Counted from the first letter of the stretch, positions 29,000 through 39,794 are shown. The stretch is DNA of 64,000 nt from Alphaproteobacteria bacterium (GCA_965178085.1 CBCXTS010000021.1:633845-697844); one strand, 5' to 3'. Made by a program: numbers and translations. The notes: generated from the letters alone by a model not told the origin.

Positions 29000-30370
29000 A
29001 TGAAAATGATACCTTCAAACTTAATATTATATTTTTTTCTCACTTTAGCAGGTGCGCTAACAGTCAATGTTGTAAATGTACTTTTTACTACTGCAACTAT
29101 ATCATACGCCCAAGAGAACAACGAAACTCAAATCAACCAACACAAAAATTTACCCGATCAACTGCGCCAAGAAATAAAATCATTGCGTGACGAACTTGAA
29201 TTGAAAGGGCTGATAGGAAAGACTAACTCCCCTTTTCAAGAATTATCAGGCTTACGCCTCCAATTAGCAAAATTTGGAGCTCAAATACAACAATTTGAAG
29301 AAGAAATAAGAGCATTACGTGGTGACATAGACTTGATTCAGCACGACATAGCCAATAAACATGACGCTACTACAACGCGCCTTACCTCAATAGAGTCATC
29401 TACGATGAAGTTGCTCAATAACGAGCAAATACAACATAATATAGTCAAAAAAACTCGTTCACAGCTTGAAATTATTAATATAAAACTGTTAGAATTTGAA
29501 AATGAACTTAACCAACTAGGTATTGTAACAAACACACAACTACCACCAAGTCAGCCAGAAGACCCTTCTGTAGATGCACAGATAATACCATCAACCACAA
29601 CCTCACCACTAGTAGATGGCAAGAGTGTATCATCCAGTCTTATAACAACATCACAAGATAACGCAGATCACAATATAGTATCAAATTCACAAACAACAGA
29701 GCAAGTGATTGGTACGATTGGACTTTCTGATAGTACAGTTTTGGTTTTAGGCTCTATTCCATCAGATGTTGTAGAGAAAAGCATTCCTAGTTCGATATTA
29801 CAAAACCCTGCCATTGACCAAAGCAATGGACAACCAAACAGTGATGCCATCGAACAATCTTTTGAAAATACCAATAATCAACAGCAGTTAAAGCCCTCAT
29901 TAAATGATAATGCTCTAGTTAGTGCCCAAAATAATGATGCCGCTTTGCAAAATACCAATCAAGAAGCGGAAGCTTTATTTAAAAAGAGTTATCTTATTTT
30001 GAAAGAAGCTTCTAGCAAACAAACCGTTGATAGCGATATGTATGATAACGCCATTCGAGGTTTTAACGCGTTCTTACAAAAATATCCAGATCATGAACTA
30101 GCTGATGATAGCGCTATCTGGAAAGCTGAGGCTTTACTAGCAAAGGGTGATTTCCGCCAAGCTATGATTGCATTTAACTATGTTGCAACTCATTATGCAA
30201 AGAGTGAAAAAACTGGACAAGCTTTGTTTAAATTAGCGCAAGGGCTTGAAAAAAACAACTTTCTTGAAGAGTCTTGCTCTGTTTATCGCATTATTTATAT
30301 TAAATATAGCGACATAGATCCACGATCTGCTGCTCTTGCAAGGCGAGCTGAACAAGATAAATGCAAGTAA
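29000..30370 (+). CDS. cpoB: Cell division coordinator CpoB/YbgF (coiled coil + TPR) with a long low-complexity insert
   Basis: 456 aa. N-terminal signal/anchor, then a heptad-rich coiled coil. The C-terminal TPR region (YDNAIRGFNAFLQKYPDHELADDSAIWKAEALLAKGDFRQAMIAFNYVATHYAKSEKTGQALFKLAQG) is typical of YbgF. Positioned after pal. Confidence 0.8.
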   Translation: MKMIPSNLILYFFLTLAGALTVNVVNVLFTTATISYAQENNETQINQHKNLPDQLRQEIKSLRDELELKGLIGKTNSPFQELSGLRLQLAKFGAQIQQFEEEIRALRGDIDLIQHDIANKHDATTTRLTSIESSTMKLLNNEQIQHNIVKKTRSQLEIINIKLLEFENELNQLGIVTNTQLPPSQPEDPSVDAQIIPSTTTSPLVDGKSVSSSLITTSQDNADHNIVSNSQTTEQVIGTIGLSDSTVLVLGSIPSDVVEKSIPSSILQNPAIDQSNGQPNSDAIEQSFENTNNQQQLKPSLNDNALVSAQNNDAALQNTNQEAEALFKKSYLILKEASSKQTVDSDMYDNAIRGFNAFLQKYPDHELADDSAIWKAEALLAKGDFRQAMIAFNYVATHYAKSEKTGQALFKLAQGLEKNNFLEESCSVYRIIYIKYSDIDPRSAALARRAEQDKCK

Positions 30371-31746
30371 ATAGTGAAATTCACAGTACAATAAATATCC
30401 CTAATGACATTCAAGAAAAGATTTTTAACGATCCACTGATCGTACGAATTGGACATTGTATCAATAAATTGCTTATCGATACAAAGTACATTCACCAGTT
30501 TAAAATTGCTGTTGCTTGCTCTGGAGGACCTGATTCAACACTACTTGCAATAGCTGCTCATCGCTGGGGCATGCATTTCAACAAGCAAGTAATCATATTA
30601 ATTGTTGATCATCGCTTGCGAAGCGAATCCTCCATCGAAGCAAAAACAACTCTTGCACGCTTAAAAGCAATGGGATGTCATGCAACTATTCTTAGTCCAT
30701 CCAATCCACCTTCCAAAAGCTCTCAACACTCCGCACGCCATTTGCGCATGACATTAATCAACCATTGGTGCGCCCAACATCATGTTAAAACGCTTATGTT
30801 AGCACACCATGCTAATGATCAAATTGAAACTTTTATGCTAAGACTGGAAAAACAAAGCGGTGCGATTGGACTTGCGGCTATGTCTACTTCCAAAATATTT
30901 TCTACTTTGACTTTGATCCGCCCGATGCTGAATATAACAAAACAACAAATCTTAAGATACATTAAACAATATGATTTGCCCGTTATTGATGACCCTTCTA
31001 ACAATAACATCAATTTCCGTAGAGTCTATTTTCGTAACTTGTTCAAACAAAAAAAAGACTTAACCAAAATTGTATTAAGCACGGTGCAAGCCATGCAAAT
31101 CAATAGAAGAAATATAGAATTTTTTTTAAACAAATGGTGTCAATCTTATGCACAATGGACAATCTGGGGAGGGGCTGTTTTACAATACAAAGCCCTTCAT
31201 GCCTTAAGTTTATATCATCAAAAAATGATATTTAATCATATCCTTATGCATATTAGCGCGCGAGCTTTGCCTGTTTCAAATAGCAAAAACAATCAAATAT
31301 TGCAAAAATTAACAAATCATAACAACAAGCGTATTAGCCTTGCAAACTGCCTGATTGAAAAGAAAGGAGAGTATCTTTTCATTTATCATGAAATGACTAA
31401 AGATAGCCATATTACAGCTATTGCAGACAAGCCAATCCTATGGCAAAATCGCTTTAAAATACTAGTTCGCAATGCACCTAGCCAATCATATATAACACTA
31501 GCCAATAATAGTACTGCAGCGCATCTACAACGGTTTTTAAAAACATATTCTTATCTGCCAAAGCGTCAATATTTAAAGCATGTTCCAATAGAAGCATGTG
31601 CTAATCTACCTGTATTGCACCTTGACGCAACACCAATAGCAACCCCTTGGGAGCATACCAACCTACAAATAGATCGCCATGTCCAACCAACGATTGCCAT
31701 CAAATTTATTCCATTATTACATGGAAGTTACCCATTATTTGGATAG
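30361..31746 (+). CDS. tilS: tRNA(Ile)-lysidine synthetase
   Basis: 461 aa. PP-loop motif IAVACSGGPDSTLL. Conserved position between cpoB and ftsH. Confidence 0.88.
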   Translation: MQVNSEIHSTINIPNDIQEKIFNDPLIVRIGHCINKLLIDTKYIHQFKIAVACSGGPDSTLLAIAAHRWGMHFNKQVIILIVDHRLRSESSIEAKTTLARLKAMGCHATILSPSNPPSKSSQHSARHLRMTLINHWCAQHHVKTLMLAHHANDQIETFMLRLEKQSGAIGLAAMSTSKIFSTLTLIRPMLNITKQQILRYIKQYDLPVIDDPSNNNINFRRVYFRNLFKQKKDLTKIVLSTVQAMQINRRNIEFFLNKWCQSYAQWTIWGGAVLQYKALHALSLYHQKMIFNHILMHISARALPVSNSKNNQILQKLTNHNNKRISLANCLIEKKGEYLFIYHEMTKDSHITAIADKPILWQNRFKILVRNAPSQSYITLANNSTAAHLQRFLKTYSYLPKRQYLKHVPIEACANLPVLHLDATPIATPWEHTNLQIDRHVQPTIAIKFIPLLHGSYPLFG

Positions 31747-31887
31747 TGTTAATGAATGCCTTAAAAACGTTATAAACACATTGTGATCTAGCTTTTGATG
31801 TTTTTTTTAAAATAAAGCTTTAACTCACCACTAATATATCTTATCTAACTATGATACTTTAATTGCAAAATCTGAAAGAGTAATTTT

Positions 31888-33807
31888 ATGGTTAATCGAA
31901 ATTTAATAGTCTGGGTTCTTATTTTTATCGCTGTGATTGGTTTGTTCAATCTCTATAGAACAACAGGTAACATTAACAACGGTGTTGAATTTACTTATTC
32001 AGATTTTCTTTCTCACGTCAATCAATCGCGTATCCAAAAGGTCATCATTGATGGACACAATATCAGAGGAACCTTAAAAAGCGGTCAAACCTTTAGCACA
32101 TACGCTCCAGATGATCCTGAGCTTATCAGTAAATTGGAGGCATCTGACGCTCAAATACAAGCATTGCCGCCTGATGAAGGCATACCAACTCTACTAGCAA
32201 TTTTGATCCAATGGTTTCCTATGCTTTTATTTGTTGGCATTTGGATATTCTTTATGCGCCAAATGAATGGAGGCGGTCGTGGTGGAGCTATGGGTTTTGG
32301 AAAATCGCGCGCTAAAAAATTTGATGGCGAAAACAGCAAAACTACTTTTGAAGATGTTGCCGGTATTGAAGAAGCAAAAGCAGAACTAACAGAGATAGTG
32401 GAATATCTTCGCAATCCTAAAAAATTTCAAAAACTTGGTGGAAAAATTCCAAAAGGCGTACTGTTGATAGGCCCTCCAGGAACAGGTAAGACTTTAGTTG
32501 CACGTGCCGTTGCCGGTGAAGCAGGTGTGCCTTTTTATTCAATCTCAGGCTCTGATTTTGTAGAAATGTTTGTAGGCGTTGGCGCATCGCGTGTTCGTGA
32601 TTTATTCCAACAAGGTAAGGATTCAGCACCTTGCATCATATTTATTGATGAGATAGACGCCGTTGGACGCCATCGCGGAGCAGGCCTTGGTGGTGGCAAC
32701 GATGAGCGCGAACAAACACTTAATCAAATATTGGTTGAAATGGACGGCTTTGACGAAAAAGAAACTATTATATTAATTGCAGCTACTAATCGCCCTGATG
32801 TTTTAGATCCTGCGCTTTTAAGACCTGGTCGTTTTGACAGACAAGTTATTGTATCTTCTCCAGACATTAAAGGCAGAGAACAAATTCTTGAAGTCCATAG
32901 CAGAGATATTCCTCTTGCTGGTGATGTCGATGTTAAAACAATTGCCCGCGGCACACCTGGATTTTCTGGTGCTGATTTAATGAACTTAGTTAACGAAGCT
33001 GCTTTGATGGCTGCTAGGCGCTCTCGCAGACGTGTTTCCATGAAAGAGTTTGAAGACGCAAAAGATAAAGTAATGATGGGTAGTGAACGGCGATCTTTAG
33101 TGATGAGCGAAGATGAAAAAAAGCTAACGGCCTATCACGAAGCTGGACACGCTGTTGTTATGTTGCATGCAAAAGGTCATGAACCTTTACATAAAGTGAC
33201 AATTATACCCCGTGGCCGCGCTCTTGGTGTTACTTTTGCCTTACCAGAGCGTGACAAATTGTCGCAATCAGAAAAAGAACTCCGTGCACAACTCGCAAGC
33301 TTATTTGGTGGTAGAATAGCTGAAGAAATAATATTTGGAAAAGAAAACATTACCACTGGTGCTGGAAGCGATATTCAACAAGCAACGCGTATTGCAAGAC
33401 GAATGGTTACAGAGTTTGGTTTTAGTGATAAACTTGGAAGGTTACGCTATTCTGATAACGAGGAAGAGGTTTTTCTTGGTCATTCAGTTGCACAGCGTAA
33501 AAATGTATCAGATGCAACCGCAAAACTTATCGACGAGGAAGTACGCCGCTTTGTAGAAGAAGGAGAAAAAACTGCTTCAGAGATCTTAAACAAATATCGC
33601 GATGAACTTGAAATTATTGCCCAAAACTTACTTGAGCATGAAACACTTTCTCGTCACCAAATTGATCGGTTATTAAAAGGACAATCTTTAGATGATGACA
33701 CAACACCATCACAAGAGGCTAACCTTAAAGCTGGTGCTATCCCAAAAGCTGGCAAGCAACCAAAGCCAGATGTTGGACAGGCAATTCCTGAACCAAGTGG
33801 AGCTTAA
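31888..33807 (+). CDS. ftsH: ATP-dependent zinc metalloprotease FtsH
   Basis: 639 aa. Walker A GPPGTGKT, second region of homology, zinc motif HEAGHA. Confidence 0.97.
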   Translation: MVNRNLIVWVLIFIAVIGLFNLYRTTGNINNGVEFTYSDFLSHVNQSRIQKVIIDGHNIRGTLKSGQTFSTYAPDDPELISKLEASDAQIQALPPDEGIPTLLAILIQWFPMLLFVGIWIFFMRQMNGGGRGGAMGFGKSRAKKFDGENSKTTFEDVAGIEEAKAELTEIVEYLRNPKKFQKLGGKIPKGVLLIGPPGTGKTLVARAVAGEAGVPFYSISGSDFVEMFVGVGASRVRDLFQQGKDSAPCIIFIDEIDAVGRHRGAGLGGGNDEREQTLNQILVEMDGFDEKETIILIAATNRPDVLDPALLRPGRFDRQVIVSSPDIKGREQILEVHSRDIPLAGDVDVKTIARGTPGFSGADLMNLVNEAALMAARRSRRRVSMKEFEDAKDKVMMGSERRSLVMSEDEKKLTAYHEAGHAVVMLHAKGHEPLHKVTIIPRGRALGVTFALPERDKLSQSEKELRAQLASLFGGRIAEEIIFGKENITTGAGSDIQQATRIARRMVTEFGFSDKLGRLRYSDNEEEVFLGHSVAQRKNVSDATAKLIDEEVRRFVEEGEKTASEILNKYRDELEIIAQNLLEHETLSRHQIDRLLKGQSLDDDTTPSQEANLKAGAIPKAGKQPKPDVGQAIPEPSGA

Positions 33808-33864
33808 AAAACATAAATGATTATTGACTCATATCTACTTTAGTACAATAGCAATAGCGATAAC

Positions 33865-34794
33865 ATGCCATATCAAAATACTGTAACCTTGTTTGGAGGT
33901 AGCGGATTTATAGGTTCTCACCTTGTATCTAAACTAGCAAAGGCTGGTTTTAGAATCAAAATAGCTACGCGAAATTGTGAAAAAGTTGGCCATCTACGTA
34001 CCGCTGGAGAAGTTGGACAAATTGTTTTAATGCAATGCGACCTTTGCCAACCTTATTCGCTAGAGGCTGTTATAGAAGGTAGCGATAGCATTATTTATCT
34101 ACCTGGTGTTTTGGTATCATCTGGCAAGCAAAATTTTGATAACATCCATCACCACGCTCCACATCATATTGCCCAGCTAGCTCTCAAACATAATATTGCA
34201 AATTATATCTATATGTCTGCTTTGGGCGCAAACCCGCAAAGCAAAGCAAAATATGCCCAATCTAAAGCTAATGGAGAGCAAGCTATCCGTAATCATATCC
34301 ACAATGCAACAATCATTCGTCCATCAATTGTTTTTGGACACGGAGATGGTTTTTTTAACCGGCTTGCCCCTCTGGTCAAATATTCACCTATTATCCCATG
34401 CTTTTATGCCAATGCTCAATTTCAACCTGTGAGTGTGCATGATGTATGTGAGGCCATTGTATTGTGCCTTACAAACTCAAAACTAAAAGGCTTAACTTTT
34501 GAACTTACAGGCCCTGATATCATGACGATGGAACAATTATTAAAAGCATTAATTGATGCTGTTCAAAGTCCTGCATATCTATTGAAAATGCCAAACGTTG
34601 TTGCCTATTTTCTAGCTATCTGCAGTATCATCTTACCTAAATCAATTATAACATTGGATCAGATAAAAATGCTTTGCCAAGAGCCAAATGTTTCCTCTGC
34701 AAATTCCCCAGGTTTTAAAGAACTAGGTATTAGGCCAAATGCCTTAGCAAGCGAGCTTCCAGCAATCGTTGCAGCAATGCGTTATCCAAGCTAA
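33865..34794 (+). CDS. NAD(P)-binding complex I NDUFA9-like / SDR-epimerase family protein
   Basis: 309 aa. Rossmann motif LFGGSGFIGSHLV. YAQSKANGE and RPSIVFGHGDGFFNR match the NDUFA9-like subfamily common in alphaproteobacteria. Confidence 0.75.
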   Translation: MPYQNTVTLFGGSGFIGSHLVSKLAKAGFRIKIATRNCEKVGHLRTAGEVGQIVLMQCDLCQPYSLEAVIEGSDSIIYLPGVLVSSGKQNFDNIHHHAPHHIAQLALKHNIANYIYMSALGANPQSKAKYAQSKANGEQAIRNHIHNATIIRPSIVFGHGDGFFNRLAPLVKYSPIIPCFYANAQFQPVSVHDVCEAIVLCLTNSKLKGLTFELTGPDIMTMEQLLKALIDAVQSPAYLLKMPNVVAYFLAICSIILPKSIITLDQIKMLCQEPNVSSANSPGFKELGIRPNALASELPAIVAAMRYPS

Positions 34795-34868
34795 ATTAAC
34801 AAATATCTTGTGCTTTAAGATATTCTCTTGCGTGATTGATTGTTCGTTAAAAATTACGCGCCTATAAT

Positions 34869-34916
34869 CACTTTTGCTTTTTAGCACTTTTGCTTTTTAG
34901 CACTTTTGCTTTTTAG
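34869..34916. repeat. Perfect 16-bp tandem repeat CACTTTTGCTTTTTAG x3
   Basis: Read directly (units at 34869, 34885, 34901). It lies in the 136-bp gap between two convergent genes. Confidence 0.95.
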
Positions 34917-34930
34917 TTTATGACATTGCT

Positions 34931-36772
34931 TTAATGTATGATAAAAGGCGTCATTTCGGCATATATCAAATATTGTGGTGGCATCGCCATACTCACAGAC
35001 GTTGAATTGACTTGATGACTATAGGATAATTGCTTGCTTAAACTGGCTATTGGCCAAGGCATGTTTAATAATATATTCTGGCTTATATCAAAACGAGCTA
35101 TCTGTGCGATAAACTGATCAATTGCATTAAGTGATGTAATATGATCAAAATAAATATTGCGATGTTCTTCTATGCCGGCAAGCTTTCGAATGGCATTATT
35201 ACTATCTCTCCATCCTTGCAAATCATCAACAAGCTTAAGTTGATGAGCATCTGCTCCTGTAAATATGCGCCCACGTGCAGCTTGATCTAATTCATCTGCT
35301 TTTAGATCACGCGACACTCCAACATCGCTTGCAAATTGCTCATAAATATTATCCAACATTGCATCTAAACGCTTACGCTCTGATTTTGTAAAATCAAAAA
35401 AACCTGACATTAACCCTGCATGCTTACCTTGCTGAATGCGTTGCCAATGAATACCTAATTTTTTCATCAAAGGTGCAATAGAAATTTTGCCTCCATAAAC
35501 ACCTATGGAGCCTGTGATGGTTGAGCGTGTTGCAACAATCTCGTCTGCAGCACTTGCAATCATATACCCTCCACTAGCGGCAATATCTGCCAGCAACGCA
35601 ACGACTGGTATTCCAGCTTGCGATATTGCTTTCGTGGCTTCTTTGATCCTCCAAGATATTTTAAATTCACCTCCTGGGCTATCAATAATCATTAAGACTG
35701 CATCATATTGCTTGCTGTTTTTTAATGCTTTCAATTGCTCCAATACAGCCTTGCTATCTACATTGTCGATGTCAATCGAGTGTCCTTCTGGCTCAATAGC
35801 CCCATGGATAACTATCACAGCAACTCTAGCAGCGTTTTCATCCCCAGAGGCCTCAAGCAACAAAGAATTACGATAATAATCTAATGCAGAAATACTTTCT
35901 GCTGCTTTATTTTCAAGCCATGTATCATAAGATCTTATTTCATCAGCTAATTTCATGTCAATGATCTGTTCACTTGAAATTGGTGCTTGTTCTACAACAT
36001 TATCTATGATGCCAGCTTGAATATCACGCCCTTGCATAATATCTTGTTTAAAATAATTGAACAAACTACTAAGTAACTTTCCTAAGTTTTTTTTAAGTGC
36101 AGCAGGCATTTCATTTGATTCTAAACTATCAATCCCACCTTTAAACTCATGACGCTGACCCATTTGTGGATTGATACCAATATTTTTTAAAAACTCTGCT
36201 GCAAACGGTACATCAATACTATAGCCAGTAACGCCATAAAAACTGTGCTCATCAACATAAACTGAGCCAAATTTAGCTGCTAGTGCCATCGCTGAGCTGG
36301 CCATTGTTGGGCGTTCTCGTACAAAAATCTCGGTTGATTTATCATGATCTTTAAAATCTTCTACAATCAAAGCAATCTCATCCATCACTGATCTAGATAT
36401 ACCATTGCCTTGCAAAGTAACTTTCAATCCCTTAACGTCTTTATCTACAGCGGCATGCATAAGGCTTTCAAAGATCATGTAGCGATCAAACAACTGATCA
36501 GCTGGATTAGTTAACAACTGATCAGCAAACACTGACCCCATGCTACTATCTAAATCATTTGGAATATTTAGATGGATATAATATGGCTTTGTCACCTCAT
36601 TATTTGAAAATGATGGCTCTAAATCCACCTCAAAAAAATGATGACTACCAAAAGAAAAGAATACCGCTACGATAAGTCCTACAACGGCTATCACAAGCAA
36701 ACCTACAAGTGCTGAAATAGCAATCGTAATATTAATCAACCAACTTAATAAACGCTTAATCATATGCAACAT
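34931..36772 (-). CDS. sppA: Signal peptide peptidase SppA, 67K (two-domain) type
   Basis: 613 aa. N-terminal TM helix and two S49 peptidase domains. Motifs IIDSPGG and ASGGYMIASAADEIVA. Confidence 0.88.
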   Translation of the reverse strand: MLHMIKRLLSWLINITIAISALVGLLVIAVVGLIVAVFFSFGSHHFFEVDLEPSFSNNEVTKPYYIHLNIPNDLDSSMGSVFADQLLTNPADQLFDRYMIFESLMHAAVDKDVKGLKVTLQGNGISRSVMDEIALIVEDFKDHDKSTEIFVRERPTMASSAMALAAKFGSVYVDEHSFYGVTGYSIDVPFAAEFLKNIGINPQMGQRHEFKGGIDSLESNEMPAALKKNLGKLLSSLFNYFKQDIMQGRDIQAGIIDNVVEQAPISSEQIIDMKLADEIRSYDTWLENKAAESISALDYYRNSLLLEASGDENAARVAVIVIHGAIEPEGHSIDIDNVDSKAVLEQLKALKNSKQYDAVLMIIDSPGGEFKISWRIKEATKAISQAGIPVVALLADIAASGGYMIASAADEIVATRSTITGSIGVYGGKISIAPLMKKLGIHWQRIQQGKHAGLMSGFFDFTKSERKRLDAMLDNIYEQFASDVGVSRDLKADELDQAARGRIFTGADAHQLKLVDDLQGWRDSNNAIRKLAGIEEHRNIYFDHITSLNAIDQFIAQIARFDISQNILLNMPWPIASLSKQLSYSHQVNSTSVSMAMPPQYLIYAEMTPFIIH

Positions 36773-36783
36773 TACTTTTCATT

Positions 36784-37920
36784 TTATTTTTTAGTAAAAG
36801 GCAAGCACCCTATAGCTCCCATTTGAGAGCGATGAGCTAATAACGCATCAGCTAAAACGCACGCCATCATAGCCTCTGCAACTGGAACCGCACGAATTCC
36901 TACGCATGGATCGTGTCTTCCCTTTGTGACAATCTTTGTCGCTTTGCCAGTCGTGTCCACAGAGCGCATTGGATGTAAAATAGAACTAGTGGGTTTTATC
37001 GATAAACGCACGCATAAATCTTGCCCAGTTGATATACCACCTAATACACCTCCTGCGTGATTGCTTTCAAAATGTAATTTACCTTGTTGATCTAACCCAA
37101 TTTGGTCACTATTTTGACTGCCATTTAAGCGAGCGCTTTGAATTCCTGAACCAATTTCGACAGATTTTACTGCATTAATAGACATCATGGCTGATGCCAA
37201 TTCGCTATCCAATTTATGATAAATCGGTTGTCCAAGACCAATAGGCATATTGCTACAACGCACTGCAACCAATGCCCCAACAGAATCTCCTTTTTTACGG
37301 GCATTATCTACTAGTTTTTCCCAGCGCATCGCTGCATTTGGATCTGGACACCAGAAAGGATTATCAAACCTTTTAAGCCATTGCTCTGGAGAGATATTTT
37401 CTAAATTATCTTTTTCTGCAATAGAATCCCCTCCTAACTCTACAACACATCCTTCAATTATTGGAAATGCTGTAAGCACTTGCTGCAAAATTTTTCTAGC
37501 TACTGCCCCTGCTGCAACACGCATTGCTGTTTCGCGTGCTGACGACCTTCCTCCACCTCTATAGTCACGGATACCGTATTTTGCTAAATATGTAATATCA
37601 GCATGCCCAGGGCGAAATGTATTGATGATATCACTATAATCGCGTGTCCTTGTGTCAGTATTTTCAATCATCAATGCAATTGGTGTCCCTGTTGTCACGC
37701 CTTCAAAGACACCCGATAAAATTTTTACTTGATCCAATTCTCTTCGTTGCGTTACAAAACGCGACTGACCTGGTTTGCGTTGGTCAAGAAAAGGTTGGAT
37801 GTCCTGCTCACAAAGCTTTATTTGCGCTGGAACACCATCCAATACGCACCCAATTGCAGGTCCGTGACTTTCTCCCCATGTTATACAAGTAAAGTGGTGT
37901 CCAAAGCTATTTGCAGACAT
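36784..37920 (-). CDS. aroC: Chorismate synthase
   Basis: 378 aa. N-terminus [32 protein letters not shown] and [18 protein letters not shown]. Confidence 0.95.
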   Translation of the reverse strand: MSANSFGHHFTCITWGESHGPAIGCVLDGVPAQIKLCEQDIQPFLDQRKPGQSRFVTQRRELDQVKILSGVFEGVTTGTPIALMIENTDTRTRDYSDIINTFRPGHADITYLAKYGIRDYRGGGRSSARETAMRVAAGAVARKILQQVLTAFPIIEGCVVELGGDSIAEKDNLENISPEQWLKRFDNPFWCPDPNAAMRWEKLVDNARKKGDSVGALVAVRCSNMPIGLGQPIYHKLDSELASAMMSINAVKSVEIGSGIQSARLNGSQNSDQIGLDQQGKLHFESNHAGGVLGGISTGQDLCVRLSIKPTSSILHPMRSVDTTGKATKIVTKGRHDPCVGIRAVPVAEAMMACVLADALLAHRSQMGAIGCLPFTKK

Positions 37921-38012
37921 AATAATACCTTATATAAAAATTAACATTCATTCCAGATAAACGTTAAAGCAAATTAATCATCAACAACTATGATGGATCG
38001 TAACTTAAATAT

Positions 38013-38849
38013 TTAATCATCGCTCTTAGCGGCTAATTCATTTAATAAAGCTGCTGCTTCTTTTGCAACACCAGGCGAAACCATCCCTATTGTATGATAG
38101 CCGCTATCTACGTGATGAATTTCTCCTGTAACACCAGAAGACAGATCACTCAAAAAATATAACCCTGCACGCCCTACATCATCATTGCTTACATTACGTT
38201 GCAATGGAGTATTCATTTCATTCCAGCGCAAAATATACCTAAAATCGCCTATCCCGCTTGCTGCTAGAGTTTTGATTGGACCAGCCGAAATAGCATTCAC
38301 ACGAATTTGATGCTTGCCAAGATCAACTGAAAGATAGCGCACTGAAGCTTCAAGGGCAGCCTTTGCAACACCCATTACATTATAATGAGGCATAACACGC
38401 TCTGCACCATAATATGTCATTGTTAATATAGAACTGCCTGAGTTTAATAAAGGCAATGCACGTTGTGCCATCGCAGTCAACGAGTAGCAAGAAATATCCA
38501 TCGTCTTTAAAAAATTAGAACGACTAGTTTTTAAATATTCACCTTGTAATTCATGCTTATCTGAAAAGGCAATGGCATGCACTAGAAAATCTATCTTTGG
38601 CCAGCGCTTTTCAATTTGATGGAATGCACTATCAAGTTGCTCTTCATCACTAACATCGCAATCAACTAGAAAGTCACTGCCAATTTGCTCCGCGAGAGGT
38701 TTTACGCGTTTTGCAAGAGTGTCTCCTTGATATGTAAATGCTACTTCTGCACCTTGTGCAGCAATATTACGCGCGATGGCCCAAGCAATGGATTTATCAT
38801 TTGCCACTCCGCATACAACTCCACGCTTACCTTCCATTAAACCTGCCAT
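38013..38849 (-). CDS. fabI: Enoyl-[acyl-carrier-protein] reductase (NADH)
   Basis: 278 aa. GKRGVVCGVANDKSIAWAIA N-terminus and a catalytic Y/K region (YNVMGVAKAALE). Confidence 0.92.
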   Translation of the reverse strand: MAGLMEGKRGVVCGVANDKSIAWAIARNIAAQGAEVAFTYQGDTLAKRVKPLAEQIGSDFLVDCDVSDEEQLDSAFHQIEKRWPKIDFLVHAIAFSDKHELQGEYLKTSRSNFLKTMDISCYSLTAMAQRALPLLNSGSSILTMTYYGAERVMPHYNVMGVAKAALEASVRYLSVDLGKHQIRVNAISAGPIKTLAASGIGDFRYILRWNEMNTPLQRNVSNDDVGRAGLYFLSDLSSGVTGEIHHVDSGYHTIGMVSPGVAKEAAALLNELAAKSDD

Positions 38850-38878
38850 TTGATTTTCCTTGAAGCTAAAATTACTCT

Positions 38879-38918
38879 AATGATATATCTTAAGTTAAAA
38901 TGATATATCTTAAGTTAA
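38879..38918. repeat. Perfect 20-bp tandem duplication AATGATATATCTTAAGTTAA x2
   Basis: Read directly. It lies 30 bp upstream of the fabI start, in the fabI/pdxH divergent intergenic region. Confidence 0.95.
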
Positions 38919-39030
38919 ATATGTAACTTGCTAATAGAATGTTGTCCAGATTATTATATCGTTTACTGCCTTTAGTTTATAATCAATACATTCAATCAAT
39001 GTCGCAATCTTATTTTTAAATATAACAAAG

Positions 39031-39060
39031 CTCATTTCATGATATCTCATTTCATGATAT
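39031..39060. repeat. Perfect 15-bp tandem duplication CTCATTTCATGATAT x2
   Basis: Read directly. It ends 32 bp upstream of the pdxH ATG. Confidence 0.95.
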
Positions 39061-39092
39061 AATGTCCATTGATTGCTTAATAGAGGTTCTCC

Positions 39093-39710
39093 ATGACAAA
39101 ATATGATTTTACTATAGACAAAGATGTTCTAAACGCCAACCCATATGATATTGTTGCAAACTGGTTATCACTAGCACATGAGCACGAATTAAACGACCCA
39201 ACGGCAATGGCTTTAGCAACTATTGATGCTAACGGCACGCCATCGCTACGGATGGTGCTATTAAAAGAATTTTCAGAAAAGGGATTTGTATTTTATACCA
39301 ATTACAATAGCCGCAAAGGACAAGCATTATTACATAACTCTAAGGCCGCATTATTATTTCATTGGAAAAGTTTACGTCGACAGTTGCGCGTTGAAGGCAA
39401 TGTACAGCCTGTTTGTGAGGCACAAGCCGATGCATATTTCGAAAGTCGCCCTCGAGCAAGCCAAATTGGTGCATGGGCGAGCGATCAATCTAAAAAAATG
39501 AAAAACAAGCATGAGCTTGTATCATCTGTTGCAAAAAAGACAGCAACATACCATTTAGGAAAAGTCCCCCGCCCTCCTCATTGGTCAGGTTTTTGTTTAA
39601 ATGCTTGTAGGATAGAATTTTGGCAAGACGGTGCATTTAGACTACATGATAGATTCCAGTTTGATCGTAGCGAAAATAGCACATGGAATGTTTCAAGGCT
39701 TTATCCGTGA
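39093..39710 (+). CDS. pdxH: Pyridoxamine 5'-phosphate oxidase
   Basis: 205 aa. LATIDANGTPSLRMVLLKEF and C-terminal RIEFWQDGAFRLHDRFQF. Confidence 0.93.
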   Translation: MTKYDFTIDKDVLNANPYDIVANWLSLAHEHELNDPTAMALATIDANGTPSLRMVLLKEFSEKGFVFYTNYNSRKGQALLHNSKAALLFHWKSLRRQLRVEGNVQPVCEAQADAYFESRPRASQIGAWASDQSKKMKNKHELVSSVAKKTATYHLGKVPRPPHWSGFCLNACRIEFWQDGAFRLHDRFQFDRSENSTWNVSRLYP

Positions 39711-39794
39711 AAACAACATCATATCAATAGGCTATACCCTTATCGATTGGTTGAAAACATAACAACAAATAAATGAATTTTATTGATAATAACC

